Shown one piece after another: positions 19,925 to 32,851 of a stretch of 64,000 bases of DNA. Under the pieces are notes generated by a model. It worked only from the letters and a program-made list of their open reading frames with translations, had not been told where the DNA came from and ran no database searches. The position numbers were made by a program, and so were the translations under genes. The stretch comes from Lepidodermella squamata (Eukaryota > Animalia > Gastrotricha), in assembly GCA_047495785.1 (NCBI GenBank), contig JBLDXI010000029.1:2480001-2544000 (forward strand), read 5' to 3'. How positions within the stretch are numbered: position 1 is the first letter of the stretch; every line of letters starts with the position of its first letter.

Positions 19925-20744
19925 ATGAAAGCCGATTCCCTATCCAAAGAGAAGATGAGCAATTATGCGCAATGTTAAAGAACTTTGCTTGAGAAGAATT
20001 GTGATACCATTCGATGTGATACTCCTGTGCTATTCGCAGTATTTCTTAAGACAGTAAAACAAGAGATGTTGCGTAAAAATGGTCCGTTTCCAACAAAAAC
20101 TTAGTAAATTCGACAAAGACGAGGTTCGCCTCCACGCCATGAGGCAATTTTTTTCACAATCAATACGTTTTTATAAGCAAATGATCTATTTGGTTACTGC
20201 ATGCGAGACCGCAGAGGGCCTTTCACAAAATTTTGCTACTTCAATTTTAAGATCATACTTCTTGGGATCATTTCATTATTTAGATTTGCCCCAACGTCAG
20301 CCTCATCTGACGACAAACCCAAACCGCGATGACGAGGCGTGGTGACTGGCCCTGAGCGCGAACTTGGCCGCACGAGGCCGGCGACCTTTCCAGGGTGGCT
20401 GGTCTCGAGGCGGCCGTTGATGAACGTTCCGGTCTGGTGGCTCTTTAATTAGAGCCACTTCCGGAGGGGTCAGTCGCTTTCTGAGCGGCTTTTCTAACAT
20501 AAAATACAAAATGTTGGCTCGCAATTGATTCTCCTTATCTCTCATTCACTATATAAAATACCTCAAAGTTGCAACCTGTAGCGATGGCTCCCCTTCAACT
20601 TCCTATGGCGTACATACTTATATTACGCGTTAATTTTTGACAAATTTTTATTATTGAATTATGTCTTCAATAAATTATGAGACAAGGTTAGAGCAACGGG
20701 AATTCATCAACATTATAAGGTATGTATATGTCGATAGTTATTGA

Positions 20745-21326
20745 TTACTCAGCAGCAGCACCAGTTTCGACGGCAACCGAGTAGGAGAAGTTGTTGGAGG
20801 CCGAGTAGCTGCCGCTCTTGTGGCCCTTGCGACCCTTGCCGTGCTTGCCGCCGTGCTTCTTTCCACCAAACTTCTTGCCACCGTGGCGCTTGTTGCCGCC
20901 CTTCTTGTTGTAGCCGCCGAAGGAGCCCGACCGCGAGTACGAGCCGGACATGGATCCGCGCTTGTGCACGCGCATGAACTTCTTGGTGGAGACCTTGCGG
21001 GTGTGCTTGTTCGTGCGGGCCGACACCGACGCGGACACGGACTTGGAGAACGAGGCACGGCGGTGCTTGCGCCCAGCGACGAAGGCCTTCTTGGCCGGGC
21101 GCTTCTTCATCGCGTGCTTCTTCGGCTGCCGGTTGTACGACACGCTGACGGAGACGCTCTTCGAAACGCTTTTAGAAACACCTTTGCCCTTGCTTCCGCG
21201 GCCAGCCTCGGCTTGGGAGAAGGCTGATAATAAGAAAACGAGTTTAGATTATTGGACCAAACAATGCCTTTATAGATTACCGAGAGCCAAAAGAACGACA
21301 GCAGCCAAAGCGAAAACAGCGCGCAT
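20745..21326 (-). CDS. Secreted Lys/Gly/His-rich (Ser-X)n protein, copy 3 (exons 21326-21281, 21223-20745)
   Basis: Same 46-nt first exon and 57-nt intron; one fewer GGKKF unit and one extra SKSV unit. Confidence 0.92.
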
Positions 21327-23164
21327 CTTTCTGTTCGAATTGAGAAAAGATAGAAATGAATGCTTCGAATGGAAAATGGAACTTGAATGGGTGATACATC
21401 TCCAAAATTGCGTCGAGATTATATACCAATAGAGCAATTAATTTACGCGCCGCAAAAAAATGAGCTCTACGCTGCTGACGAACTGCTAATTGGATATCCC
21501 AACTCAAAGTCATTGACTACGTAATTAAAATTTTCTGAATTTTAATAATATTTTATCTCATTTCATGCCACGTTTCAATTTATTGTTCTGATTTGCCACT
21601 TTCCTCATTTGTCTGAACAGCAACAAGTAGACAAATTTCCTCAAAGAGGCTGAACTCAGAATTTATTTTTCGAAATATAAAACCGCATATAGGTGAAAGG
21701 AATGGCAAAATCTTTTGATAAAGCGACGATATGTACAGCAATGTTTTCACAAGATAAAAACAAAGCAGATGCCTTCATATCATAAACGCGGTAATGAATG
21801 ACCGATGGTGATATTGAATAACATGATGGCCATTTCACAAGTCACAAGTACTAAGTCGCGCCAAGCTGATTTTACAATTTTTGCCGAATATTTTTTGAAC
21901 ATGGAGAAGCGACGAGAACAGCAAAAGAAAGCCATAATTCTTCCCGAATTCATTTCAAAATAGTGAAAAATCGCCGTTACTAGGGCATGTTCACATTCCA
22001 ATTTCAAGCTTGGGCTTTCGGACGTAGATATTCTGCTAGAAAGCAATTGGGATCGCGAGAGTTCCATTAGAAAGTCTGTTTTTTGCACCTGTTCTCAATT
22101 TGTTTCTGCGACCTTTCACCCGGTTAATGCCGATCCTAGTATTTATTTCGGTGCAGCAATAATACAATGCCTATTCGTTTCAAAAGCCTTTATAGTGGTA
22201 ATACCAATTTTTAAGGTAATGATGTGTTAAGGAGACGAACTTCGCGAGGCTTTGCTATCACTTTCATTTCTCAATTTCTTCCTGCAAAACTTGAAGCCCA
22301 GAAAAAACGACGTATGGACTGCTGCCATTAGTATATTTGAATGTGCCAGGTGTGAAAAAATTAGTGAGTTTTTTTCCTAATCCCGCGAGACAAAGCAGCA
22401 GCGGTAGAAGTTTATGTAGGTACTGTATAGACCGCGTCTTTCAGCCGCATATACGAATGAATTATTTGCTAATGATATCTTTATTAGCCTTATTTTTTAC
22501 GGTTACTTTTTTGAGGCTGAACTTGACTCAAATTATTACAGCTATTTAGGGGCCAGCTAATTTTTGCCTGCTCGTGTCGATAAGAAACGCTAACGTGTTT
22601 TTCGTGCCCAAAACCTGATGAGACATCGCGATTACGATGCTGGTACTCGGAACTTATTCATTTTATAGCCATGACCAACAATCCATATTTATTGCCATCG
22701 TGCTATGATATGATAAGTATAAACCAGTTTCAGGAATGCAGAGCGATCCCTTATTTACGTTATCAACCCGCCTTCTTTCATGTTACCGCCGTCTTTCAAC
22801 ACTGACACCTAATTTACATTTTCCATGATAAATAATAATATTTATACCTACGACCAGGTGGGTTGGTATCGTAATATTATTAGCCGCACGGTGACAAGCG
22901 CGTGAAAAAAGCGAAATGATGATAACCAAAATTTGCGATTATTATTTTTATTACCCGAATAACATATGTCGAGCCGACGCGTCTCGTAGCGGTGCGACAG
23001 TATAATAATAATAATATTTCATGCTTTGGCGCTGACGAATTGCAAAACTCCGCAACACCCCCACCCACATGCCCTTGATGGGTGGTACGATAAAAGGCCG
23101 CCAGTGTGAACCATTTTCTATAGCGCTCTTGTAGAACCAACCAAGAATACCGTAAAATATTACC

Positions 23165-24063
23165 ATGACTTTAAACTTGAAGAACATTCGCAAAAATCTG
23201 CTTGCTGAGCATAACCGAGTTCGCAAGTTGCATGGCGCCGATGACTTGAAATCGAGCAGTGATCTGGACGCGCAGGCGCAAAAATGGGCCGATCACTTGG
23301 CGTCGGTTAACCGCTTGCAACACAGCAACAACTCGTTCAACGGCAATCCGGTTGGCGAGAATGTTTTCGGAGCGTACCACTCGGCAAAGGCACCGGATGA
23401 TATTGCGGTTGGCGCTACGGGCAGCTGGTACAGCGAAATCGACATGTTCGACTTCAACAATCCTGAAGGAAAATTGTCGGGATGTGGTAAGTCGCGAAAA
23501 AGATCGCATACCGCAGAAATTAGGGGAAACTCAACATTTTCTAACATACTAAGAGACTGGTATCAGTTGATAGAGCAAATCGAGACGTTCGAGTCGTTCG
23601 ATATGCATCTCTAAAAACATTTTTCGGAATGAGAATTATTCAAAATCTTCTACATCTAATTTTTTAATATTTTTCAGGTCACTTCACGCAGGTCGTGTGG
23701 AAGGCCAGTAAGCAAGTCGGTTTCGGAGCAGCCCGATCCAGCGACGGCCATGTTTACGTAGTCGGGCAGTACTTCCCGGCCGGAAATTTCATCGGCCATG
23801 TTGCTGAAAATGTGAAACCACCGAAAGATGGCAAGCGAGCTTCGTTTGCTGAGACGCCTTCTTCGGCGCCTAGTAAAGGATCTGGCTCGGCACCGCCGAC
23901 TACGCCGAACGGTACCCCAATTAAAAAGGAAACGAAGACTGAGGTTAAGGAGGAAGTTGTCGACGGCAAACGAGTTCGCCGAACGATTACGACTGACACT
24001 GAATATTTTGCTGATGGCTCAACGCGTACGTCGACTCGCACTCAAACTGAAACATTTTCGTAA
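23165..24063 (+). CDS. GAPR-1/GLIPR2-like CAP (SCP/PR-1) protein (exons 23165-23486, 23678-24063)
   Basis: EHNRVRKLHGA, AQKWA, GEN, WYSEI, spliced GHFTQVVWK, YVVGQYFPAGN; no signal peptide; low-complexity C-tail. Confidence 0.93.
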
Positions 24064-24409
24064 GAAGCCGATAAATCTGAGAAAGCGACATCATACCGTT
24101 GACTGGGAACATTCCAAATTCTGACTATTATATTACAAAAAATCTACTGTATTCTATTCTGATTCTATTGTGCAATTATGATCCTTGAATTCCTTTTCGA
24201 TCGATTTTACGAGCGCTCGCTGCCTTTTCCTTTTTACACAGGTTAATAAATAGCTATTTTACCAAAGTAATCCAATAAAAATTAAGATGAAAATGGAAAA
24301 AACTTATTTTCTCAACATGCTGGACATGGAATTGAGACAAGAGAAAAACTGCGAAACTGTTAACGAAAAATAAATAAAAAAATAAAATAATAATAATAAT
24401 AAAAAGTTT

Positions 24410-24491
24410 CGCTGCCAGTAGGATTTGAACCTACGCGCGGAGACCGCATCTGATTTCAAGTCAGACCCCTTAACCACTCGGGCATAGCAGC
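24410..24491 (-). tRNA. tRNA-Ser (TGA)
   Basis: 82-nt cloverleaf with long variable arm, anticodon loop CTTGAAA. Confidence 0.96.
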
Positions 24492-24667
24492 TTTCGTATT
24501 TTGTGTTGACAATAGATGCAAGATGTAATGAGCTCCTCACAGTGCGATGCGTTGACAATTCCTTTCTCAGCAATTAAATTCAACTCTCCGCGCCAACAAG
24601 CAATTTTCAACCGAGAAATGAACTAAAATGAGGATTGATTTGTTTTTGTTTTCAAGCCCCATTGAAG

Positions 24668-24860
24668 GGGTGAGCCGAATGCCAGAAGCACTGCAATACT
24701 GGGCCGACTCGTGGGCAGGGACCAGCAAGCTGGAGACGCCTGCCCTTGTAGCCAAAAATCAGGCTAATATCGAAGCCCCCACATGGAGGGCGTTGTAGAT
24801 ATTAAACTACAAAGAACAGATACTACACTTTGATCTTAGCCAGTAAGGCCGAGAAGCGAT
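24668..24860 (-). ncRNA. U2: U2 spliceosomal snRNA
   Basis: ATCGCTTCTCGGCCTTACTGGCTAAGATCAAAGTGTAGTATCTGTTCTT, Sm site ATTTTTGG, 3' loop TATTGCAGT; 3' end approximate. Confidence 0.97.
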
Positions 24861-24980
24861 GACAAAAAACGGAAAAATTTTTGAGCCGCGTTTAGAAATG
24901 ATAGGCGTTCATATCGGTATCATCATCTGAATATTTTAGAAAATTTATGAAAAAAAATATTGGAAAAATGCAAAAACATG

Positions 24981-25052
24981 TGCGTCAGCCGGGAGTCGAA
25001 CCCGGATCGGCTGCTTGGAAGGCAACCATGCTGACCGTTACACCACTGACGC
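24981..25052 (-). tRNA. tRNA-Gly (TCC)
   Basis: gcgtcagtggtgtaacgg...gttgcCTTCCAAgcagc...ggttcgactccc...ctgacgca. Confidence 0.97.
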
Positions 25053-25621
25053 TGACTCACCGTCACTGCCGTAAGGAACTATTTATCTAAGAGCGCAGTG
25101 CGGCAAGTGTGACAAGTGAAAATGGGTCTTTACACTGCCATGCTAATTTCAGCTCTCAATCATGCATTTCCGCTGTTGAATAATTTATTCACAATTAAAT
25201 TTGAATGTGAAAAATGAAGTCATATTTTCTTCGACGCGTTTTTCTGACCTCTAACTAAATCAATAAAATGAGGCTGTGTTCTCGTTAATTATTTTTTAAT
25301 TCAAGTCTTTCCATTATTGCTGAAACTAAAATTATGCAGCAACCTCAGGATAAAACTGCCGAGGTATTTTTGCGGAAATTTGTTGAATGGGAACAAAGTT
25401 AGTTGTATGCGAAACCTGAAAATTAAAATGAAGTCAACTTGAAAAAATTGTCCTTTTTATTTTGCGTGCGAAAAATTAACAATAATAACCGGAGTCGAGA
25501 AAACTTCAACAAATGAGCTTCAGAAGTTGCATTTTTTCAGCAGTCAGAGAATGCTTATAAAAAGCTGGCAAAAGTGTAAAGCGCAAAGGTGAAAAACTAT
25601 AAATAAAACTCAATCATCTCA

Positions 25622-28600
25622 TCATTGAGAATAGCTGTTGTTCATACTCGAAAGCTCGCGAGAATATTGGCGATTCGGGTGACCGTTCTCACGGGCGCTT
25701 TTCCGCGAACCGTCGCTGTGAATTTTGTAAGACGCCCAGGCGCGCAACTGCTCAGGAAGACACGTGTGTTTGCGGCAAAACATGGCAAAATCCATTTTAA
25801 TTTGCCGATTAGTCACGATGTAGAAAATCAGCACTAGAACACCCTGGAAGCTGTTCAACACGATGAAAATGAACTCGACGACTTGAGAATTCGTGCTGAC
25901 GTAGAAAAAGCCCAACACCCAAGTCGCGCATAAAATAATCATAGTCCATAAAATTCCAACCATCGCACGGCTAAAAAATAGAAAATTAGAAAAAAATACG
26001 AAAAAATCCGCCTTAAAATTTACCAAACTAATCGAAGTGTAGTCTCGCCTGATCCATGCGTGACGTAATTTGACGACATTTTTGATGAGCAAGTTTTAAA
26101 AGCAATAGCAGAGAGGACGCCGAAATTGAACTGTTTGAAAATATTCAAAATTAAGGAGGAAGATTTTAAAATTTACTGACCACAAGAATGAAAGCGACGG
26201 GCGAAATGAAAAACCAGGTGTACGGCAAATTCATCCAGCAGCTGGACAAAAAAAATTAATGTCAAAATGACAAATAAGTGAAAAATCGATGACAGACTAG
26301 TAATCATTGCCGTAAGCTTTTTCTCCTGAGGCGGCGGCTGTGATCCACGTGGCTCCAACAAGCATGGCGCATATAACTAGAACAACGTCAAATTAGGGAA
26401 TTGAATGGTGTGGAATTTAGGTCATTTACAGTAACAGCCGACTTGGAAATACGGCCATCTGGGACGCCGGTCGACTAGGGTCAGCGGCTCAGCGCCGTAG
26501 ATGACCAGGACAAAGTAGAACGCTAACGCGCCTGACCAGACGAACGTTCCCGTGAAGAAGAACTGAAGCATGACAGCAACCGGCACGCATCCAGACTGAA
26601 ATTTGAAGAGTAAAATGATCAGTGAAGCGTGAAAAAAGGAATTATAAGGATTTTCTGAAATTTCAAATTTCATACGCGACGTTTTTCGATTCGTTAAAAG
26701 TTATTCTTAGCATTTTATATGCTTTGAATCAATTATCTTTTCAATTATCTCTAGCAACTGCAGACTGGTAGTATGTTTTAATTATTCATCCGTAAAATTA
26801 GATAACAGCCACAGACTGGGACGATGAGTTCACTTGGACATGGAAAAATGGCGAATTCGGCTTAGAACTAGAACTCGAAGGGGGCAATGGATACGGTTCG
26901 AAAGCTGGTTATATGAGCCATTTCGCTATGCTATCAGTTTTAGAATTTGATCGCACCTGGTTCATTCGACAACCGCTAGTATTTAAGCGTCCCAAAAGTT
27001 GCGTAACTAAGTATTTTTTAATTTGGCAAATTTTTGTAGGAAATGCAACTAATTTATTTAAATTATAACTAACGAGAGAAAATTCCATCTTTAATCTGTG
27101 ATTTAACCGAAGAAACACAACTTTTACCGGATAACCCTCGGAAACCCCCGATGGTAACTGGTTCCGTAATTTTCGGTATTTTACCTGGTTAGACCAAATT
27201 TATCCGGAAATTTTATCCCATTAAAAAGTGACATACTTGATTACTATTCTCGTGATTTTTTGAATGTTTCTAAAAAATTGCTGGCCATGAGAAGTGACTT
27301 CCATTTTATAGTTTATAGACTCTTTTTCCGTGTATTTTCTTTGCTAGCGTTACTTTCGGTGAACACTGAACTTGTTATCTTTCTAAATTAATTTTCTTAA
27401 TCATTCATTAGCCACTGAAATTAAAGTACCGCGTTTCAAATCCCCAATTTTTACTTTTTACCGGCCAATCGCCAATTGTTCACCATTAAAATCATCAAAT
27501 TCCAGCATTAATTTGAGGTTTCTTAATAAAATAAATTTTGCATTCCAAAGCCATGTAAAAATATAGACATCTTAATCCAGCTTTGATTTTAATCCAAAAT
27601 CATAAGCCTATACCTGTCAACTTGTTTTTTTGCAGCTCATCGAAATTTCGACCCTGGATTTCAAACTCAGAATCTCTTTCCGGACGTCTAAATTCATCTA
27701 AGCCCTATGATTCACTCGCCTGCTCGGTTATTTTTATAACCAAGTCCCTTTCTAATTCAATCAATATCGACGCCACGTACCGTATTAACTTTATCCGCAC
27801 CGGCCAAAAATATAATTTCAGCAACGAGGAGACAAGCGCCGAAATTGCAGTAGATAACACGAAGCGTGATGTTTTGCCTATATAATTGCAGGAGAAAAAA
27901 ACAAGTCCGTTCATAATTCAATTCAGAAAAAGGCTTCGTCTAAAAAATGTGTCCAACCTGCTTACGATAGCCACAAGTAATACGAAGATAAGGAGCGCCG
28001 CAATCGACAAAGCGCAGCCGATAATCGAAATTTCAAACATAGCTTTCTCAACAGCAGTCTACGAAAAAATGAAGCCATTTTGCATTGTTGGGTGACTCGA
28101 AAAACACGTACCTCGGTTTTGTTACTCGAATTACTGCCGTCTAAATTGTTGTTTTTAAAGCCAGACCGTCCCGTGAAGTCGACGAGAATCGCGAACGTAG
28201 TCAAATGGTCGCATTCGCACAACGTGTGGGTGTCATTTTTGTCCACCCTGCGGCAGCCTCGTTCCAGCCACATTGAATAGCCGGTATCGTAATACGCGCA
28301 TATCGTCTCGTACTGGCCCGCATCTGGGTACCGGTGTTCGACCGTGAATTTGAAGTACTCGGGCAGTAGCACGCGGCCCATCGACTTGCCTTCATCGTCG
28401 CCTAGCGCTACGGTGAAAATCGGCGAGTTGAACACGGTTTTATTGCCATCGACGCCGCCGATTTTCAACCGCGCGACTTCATCGTCAAAACTGGTGTACG
28501 TTACCATGGAAACTAGCGTCACTCGGCGCTTCATTCGGTTCAGTAACGTTTTCGGGAATTCAATTTCGATCTCTTGCGTCTCATCATCACTGTGCGTTTC

Positions 28601-31600
28601 CGTGTCGTTTCTGTCCGCGAGCAGCGTGTATTTGAACGCCTCGTTTCGCTGGACAGGAACGACGTTGACATCTGAGCATGTAAAATAAGGCTTTAATTAA
28701 TTTTTATCAATTCTCGAAAATTCGTGGGCCCACGTTATTTAAGACGATATCATTATCCATTTTTATGAAAATCTTTTTTACATATTTATTTTCGTATTTA
28801 AGTTGTATTAAAACTAAAAATGTATTTATATTTGTATGGTATGACATGAGTAAAAAGTTTATATCTGTACGGAGCCGCCCGAGATTTACGAGTCGTGACG
28901 AGCCGGAGGCGAGTTACGAAGAGTAAATCGAGTGCGGCGAGTTCAGATATGAACGTTTTACGAATGTTATACCGTAAAATATCGAATTGTCATAGCGACT
29001 CGACCTATATTTTTGGCGACAATTCTATATTTGAAGTTTCGGGACCACTCCAGAACAAATGACAGTAAAACTGTTCGAATTTTGCGCAATGAGCACAATA
29101 GAAATTTTGGCTGTTTCGATGCCTTTCGTTATTTTTTGGATGTTTTGGAGTATTCCCGAAGTTTCAGTCCGAATCCAAAACTGTTTACACAGTTCTTGAT
29201 TTACTGTAAAATTCAAGGTTGTATGGTTGCAATTCTGGATTACCAGAAAATATGGCTCTTCAAAATTTCAAGTCCTCCTTAATTTTTCGTAATGATTTAG
29301 TATCATTTTACTATTTTTCATAATTTCTTATTTTTCATTTTATTTTATTTTTTTCTATTATTACTATTACCTATCCCATTATCTATTTACTTTTCATAAT
29401 TTTTTATCCTCTGATACTTTCCGCCGTCGGCCGTCAGATTGCGAGCTGTAACTCGATTAGGAAGGCCGCTATCGATTTCTAGTATCGATTTCACAAATCA
29501 GCGATTTTCCCAAGATTACCAGTCTTGGAGAAACTCCACACACTCCACACACCTAAGGGCAACAGGCAGCTAAAATAAGAAAAAACCCCGGGATCAAAAA
29601 GTCGAAAACCCCAAAAAAATTGGAAAAAATTTAGCGATCCTATGCCGCAGCCTTAATTTTAGTGTAAATATTTAGAATGTTGCAAAATATCGGACTCCCA
29701 TTATTTACCGTTAAAAAAATCACTTGAAAATCCGAATCAAGTTAAAGATTTAGAAGTAAACATCAGTTTTCGTAAAAAATGACGTCTCCTTATTTACTGG
29801 GTCATATGACGATGATAATGCAGGCGGAATTTTTCGCAAGATTTACAATCCCAGGAAAGCCTCTTCATGTATTTAGAAACCGCAAAATTAAGCACATTAG
29901 TCACCTTCTATGGCTTCGTTTTCATCTTTTGGCAAACACTTGTAGTATTTGAGCGGAAATTGTTTGTAGTTCTTCGTCATAACAATTCCCTCAGGTAGTA
30001 CCTGGCGCTGTTTCTAAATGCTAGCGGAAACTACTATGAAAAAAATCACCTCCCATAGAGCTTCTCGATCCAGACTAATTTTCGCTATAGGTGTAGACAT
30101 CTCTATTAGCAGTTACTGGATCAGCAAAAATAAACCGATATTCGATCTGCAACAATCGTATAGAATAACTGCATTACTTATTTAAGAATGTTAATCAATT
30201 TGCTGACAGGCGGCTCTATTATGCGCTTCCTTCTTAAAAATTACCTGAGTAAACACAGCGGGTTCACGCCTTATTAACATAGCTTCATATATTATGCACA
30301 AATTCTCAAGGTGGATGATTTTTTTTCCTGCTCTCATCGCTCGGGTAAGGTGCAAGAGCTATTTTGTCTGCGATTTTTGCCCCATGTTTATTATTGATCA
30401 ACTTACCAAAGCTGTCTGTGGCTAAGGTTTTGTTGTAGTTATTCTGTGGCGTAGATGCACTTGTTGTTGTTGATGGTGAATTAACGTCTAATTCAGGTGC
30501 TGCTGCTAATGCATTACTGCTGCTGCTCGTGTGCAACGCTCGTCTTTCATTCACATCGAGCGCGGCAAAGCTAAGCTTTTCCGTAGCGTCTAACAAGGCG
30601 CCTAGCGTTGAGCCGCGCTCTTTCTTCGGCAACCCCGTCCAAGCGGCGCGCGTATCCGGGCTTATTAAATTGCTATTAGCGCGCAGCGTACTGCTAGCCG
30701 CCTCCGGGGCGCGTTCATCGCCCGTGTCTAGCAGATCCACCACGGCCGAAGCCAGCCGTGCCGCTGTCGATGTGCATTTCAGCAAATCACCGGCCAGGAA
30801 TGAATCGCTAGCGGCTGACGTGATATTCTCAAACTTGACCGAAGCATTGCTAATTATCGCTGAAGTATTCGGAGACGGCCCTATCTATAACAAATATTTT
30901 TAACGATTTTTTTTATCAATGAAATGAATCGATCTCACCGATTGAACTGTTTTAATGTCGATCAACACGTCATTCAACGCATTGTCAACCTCAGCACTGA
31001 CGCAATCGGTCAAATCCGGCTGCCCCGGTTCGATGCTCCAACCATTTATCGTACACCGCCAAATTGCCAATTTTTCTGAAAATATACACAAAATTTGAGC
31101 AATTTTTTCTTTTTTATATGGAATATTATAAGCTCTTTCAACCGAATTATGGGACTGCACAAAGCCGATTGGAATGCTGCGATTACGTTCCTAATTTGGC
31201 ATTCCTTATTAGAAATCTCTTGCGATGGGAAAACTCGGATATACAAATATAGGCTTTGATAATCCAATTCAATTTTTGTAATCGAGAATGATATTTTTCT
31301 TGAAAAAAGAGTCTAGACTGCTAGTAAAATATTTATAGAACATTATAAGTTTATATTTGCTTAATTGATCACATGTAACAATAGCTTCATTATCCATTCC
31401 CATTATTTTTCCGCCGTTTTTTGTCGGTGGCTCTAGCACGCCTTTTCATCTTAACTTTCTCGAATTCATCGTTCTATTTTATTTCGGAAATTTAAACCAG
31501 AACTAGAGACTTACTAGGATTATTTGGACAAGGAGCTTGTGACGGCAAACCAGACATTGTTTTTCGAAAGTGAATAGTGCGGCCGTACGGGTCGTCCGGA

Positions 31601-31953
31601 AGAGGGTAAATGATGTCATAGCAAGCCGTTGCCGGTGTTGTGCCGGGTAAAAACGGTTTATTTGTCGACGAAGCCACACTCGATGTACCTCCATATTTCG
31701 TCGGACGAGTGTAATTTATCTCCAAAATAGTCGTTTTTCCAGAGTTTTCCGACGCAGTACTAGTTATGGGACTAGTCACCGGCATTTTAGATGTTTGATG
31801 GGATGTGTTTACGACAATTTCGGTATAACTCAAAGTAGTACCAAGATTGATTCGACTCATCGGTATTGACACATTGCCTTGAGCCGAAGCGCACGAGACC
31901 AGGGCAGAAAGCGCCAATATTGACTCGGCTAACAGCTTTACGTCAGAGAGCAT
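25622..31953 (-). CDS. Adhesion GPCR, latrophilin-like (HormR-GAIN/GPS-7TM), multi-exon
   Basis: Signal peptide and S/T stalk; HormR (APCP...WRC...W..PDLTDCVS); GPS CAYYD...WLERGC...CECDHLTTFAILVD; TM7 LNSFQGVLVLIF. Confidence 0.9.
26987..27346 (-). mobile_element. Degenerate inverted copy of the 17081-17465 MITE, intronic
   Basis: cccgatggtaactggttccgtaattttcggtattttacc etc. is the reverse complement of the MITE interior. Confidence 0.8.
28835..28976. repeat. Imperfect palindrome centred on cgagccggaggcgag (intronic)
   Basis: tatggtatgacat...atatctg...gatttac / gtaaatc...cagatat...atgttataccgta. Confidence 0.7.
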
Positions 31954-32851
31954 TTCACAAATAGTTGATTCAGCACGACAGCCAAATTTTCAGTTTATTA
32001 GCCACAAAAATCTATCAAAACACAATGTTTTTGTCATTTTTATATTAAATTAAAAAAATCAATCTGACTCATCCAGGCTAAATTTCCCAGATTTTCAAGT
32101 TTTCCTAGTAAATGAGGGAAAAACGAGGCGGATCCTACGTCGTGTGATTTTATTTCCGCTATATAATCCCAACATAGGAAGTAATTAATTCTACGTAATT
32201 TTAATATAATAGCAACACGTACAAAATTTTATAGCATCATTTTTTCGTGTCTCACTTTAATTTTTTATGTTTCATCCTGCGATATACCCGTGAGTTGTAT
32301 TCGAAAAAAGTACAATCAAGTGCGGTATGTTATAATAAATTATGAATAACTCTTTTCTATTTTTTTGCTCGTCCCCGATTCGCGGGAAATGAATGAAAAG
32401 GCCATTATCGAGAGTGAACAAGCGGGAGTTAGTAACCCCGGGTGCGTCGAACTCTAACAACATAATGGCATCAAAAAAGCCGCATCATATAATTGCGAAT
32501 AATGGATTTTGATAGATATGTTCGGTCGCTAAGCGTGAAGCATATAAGCTCATTATTCAAGTTTTCCTAATACGTAATCCATAATAAGACTTACCCAGTA
32601 TTTAACCATTTTAGCTATTTACCAAGACGATGGCACGTTCATTTAGCGGCAAATGACTCGAAAATTGCATATTACAGCTCCGCATCATATTATGTCAACC
32701 GAAAAAGCGACTCGACTTTCCCCTTTGAAATCGCCAATAATAATCATTTATATAGTTTACGCCTTCATACACGCCGCTAAAACTTCTCCTCATTTCCGTA
32801 TCTAGGATATATTTATTATTCTTACAAAAAAATACGTTTTACTATATCCGG

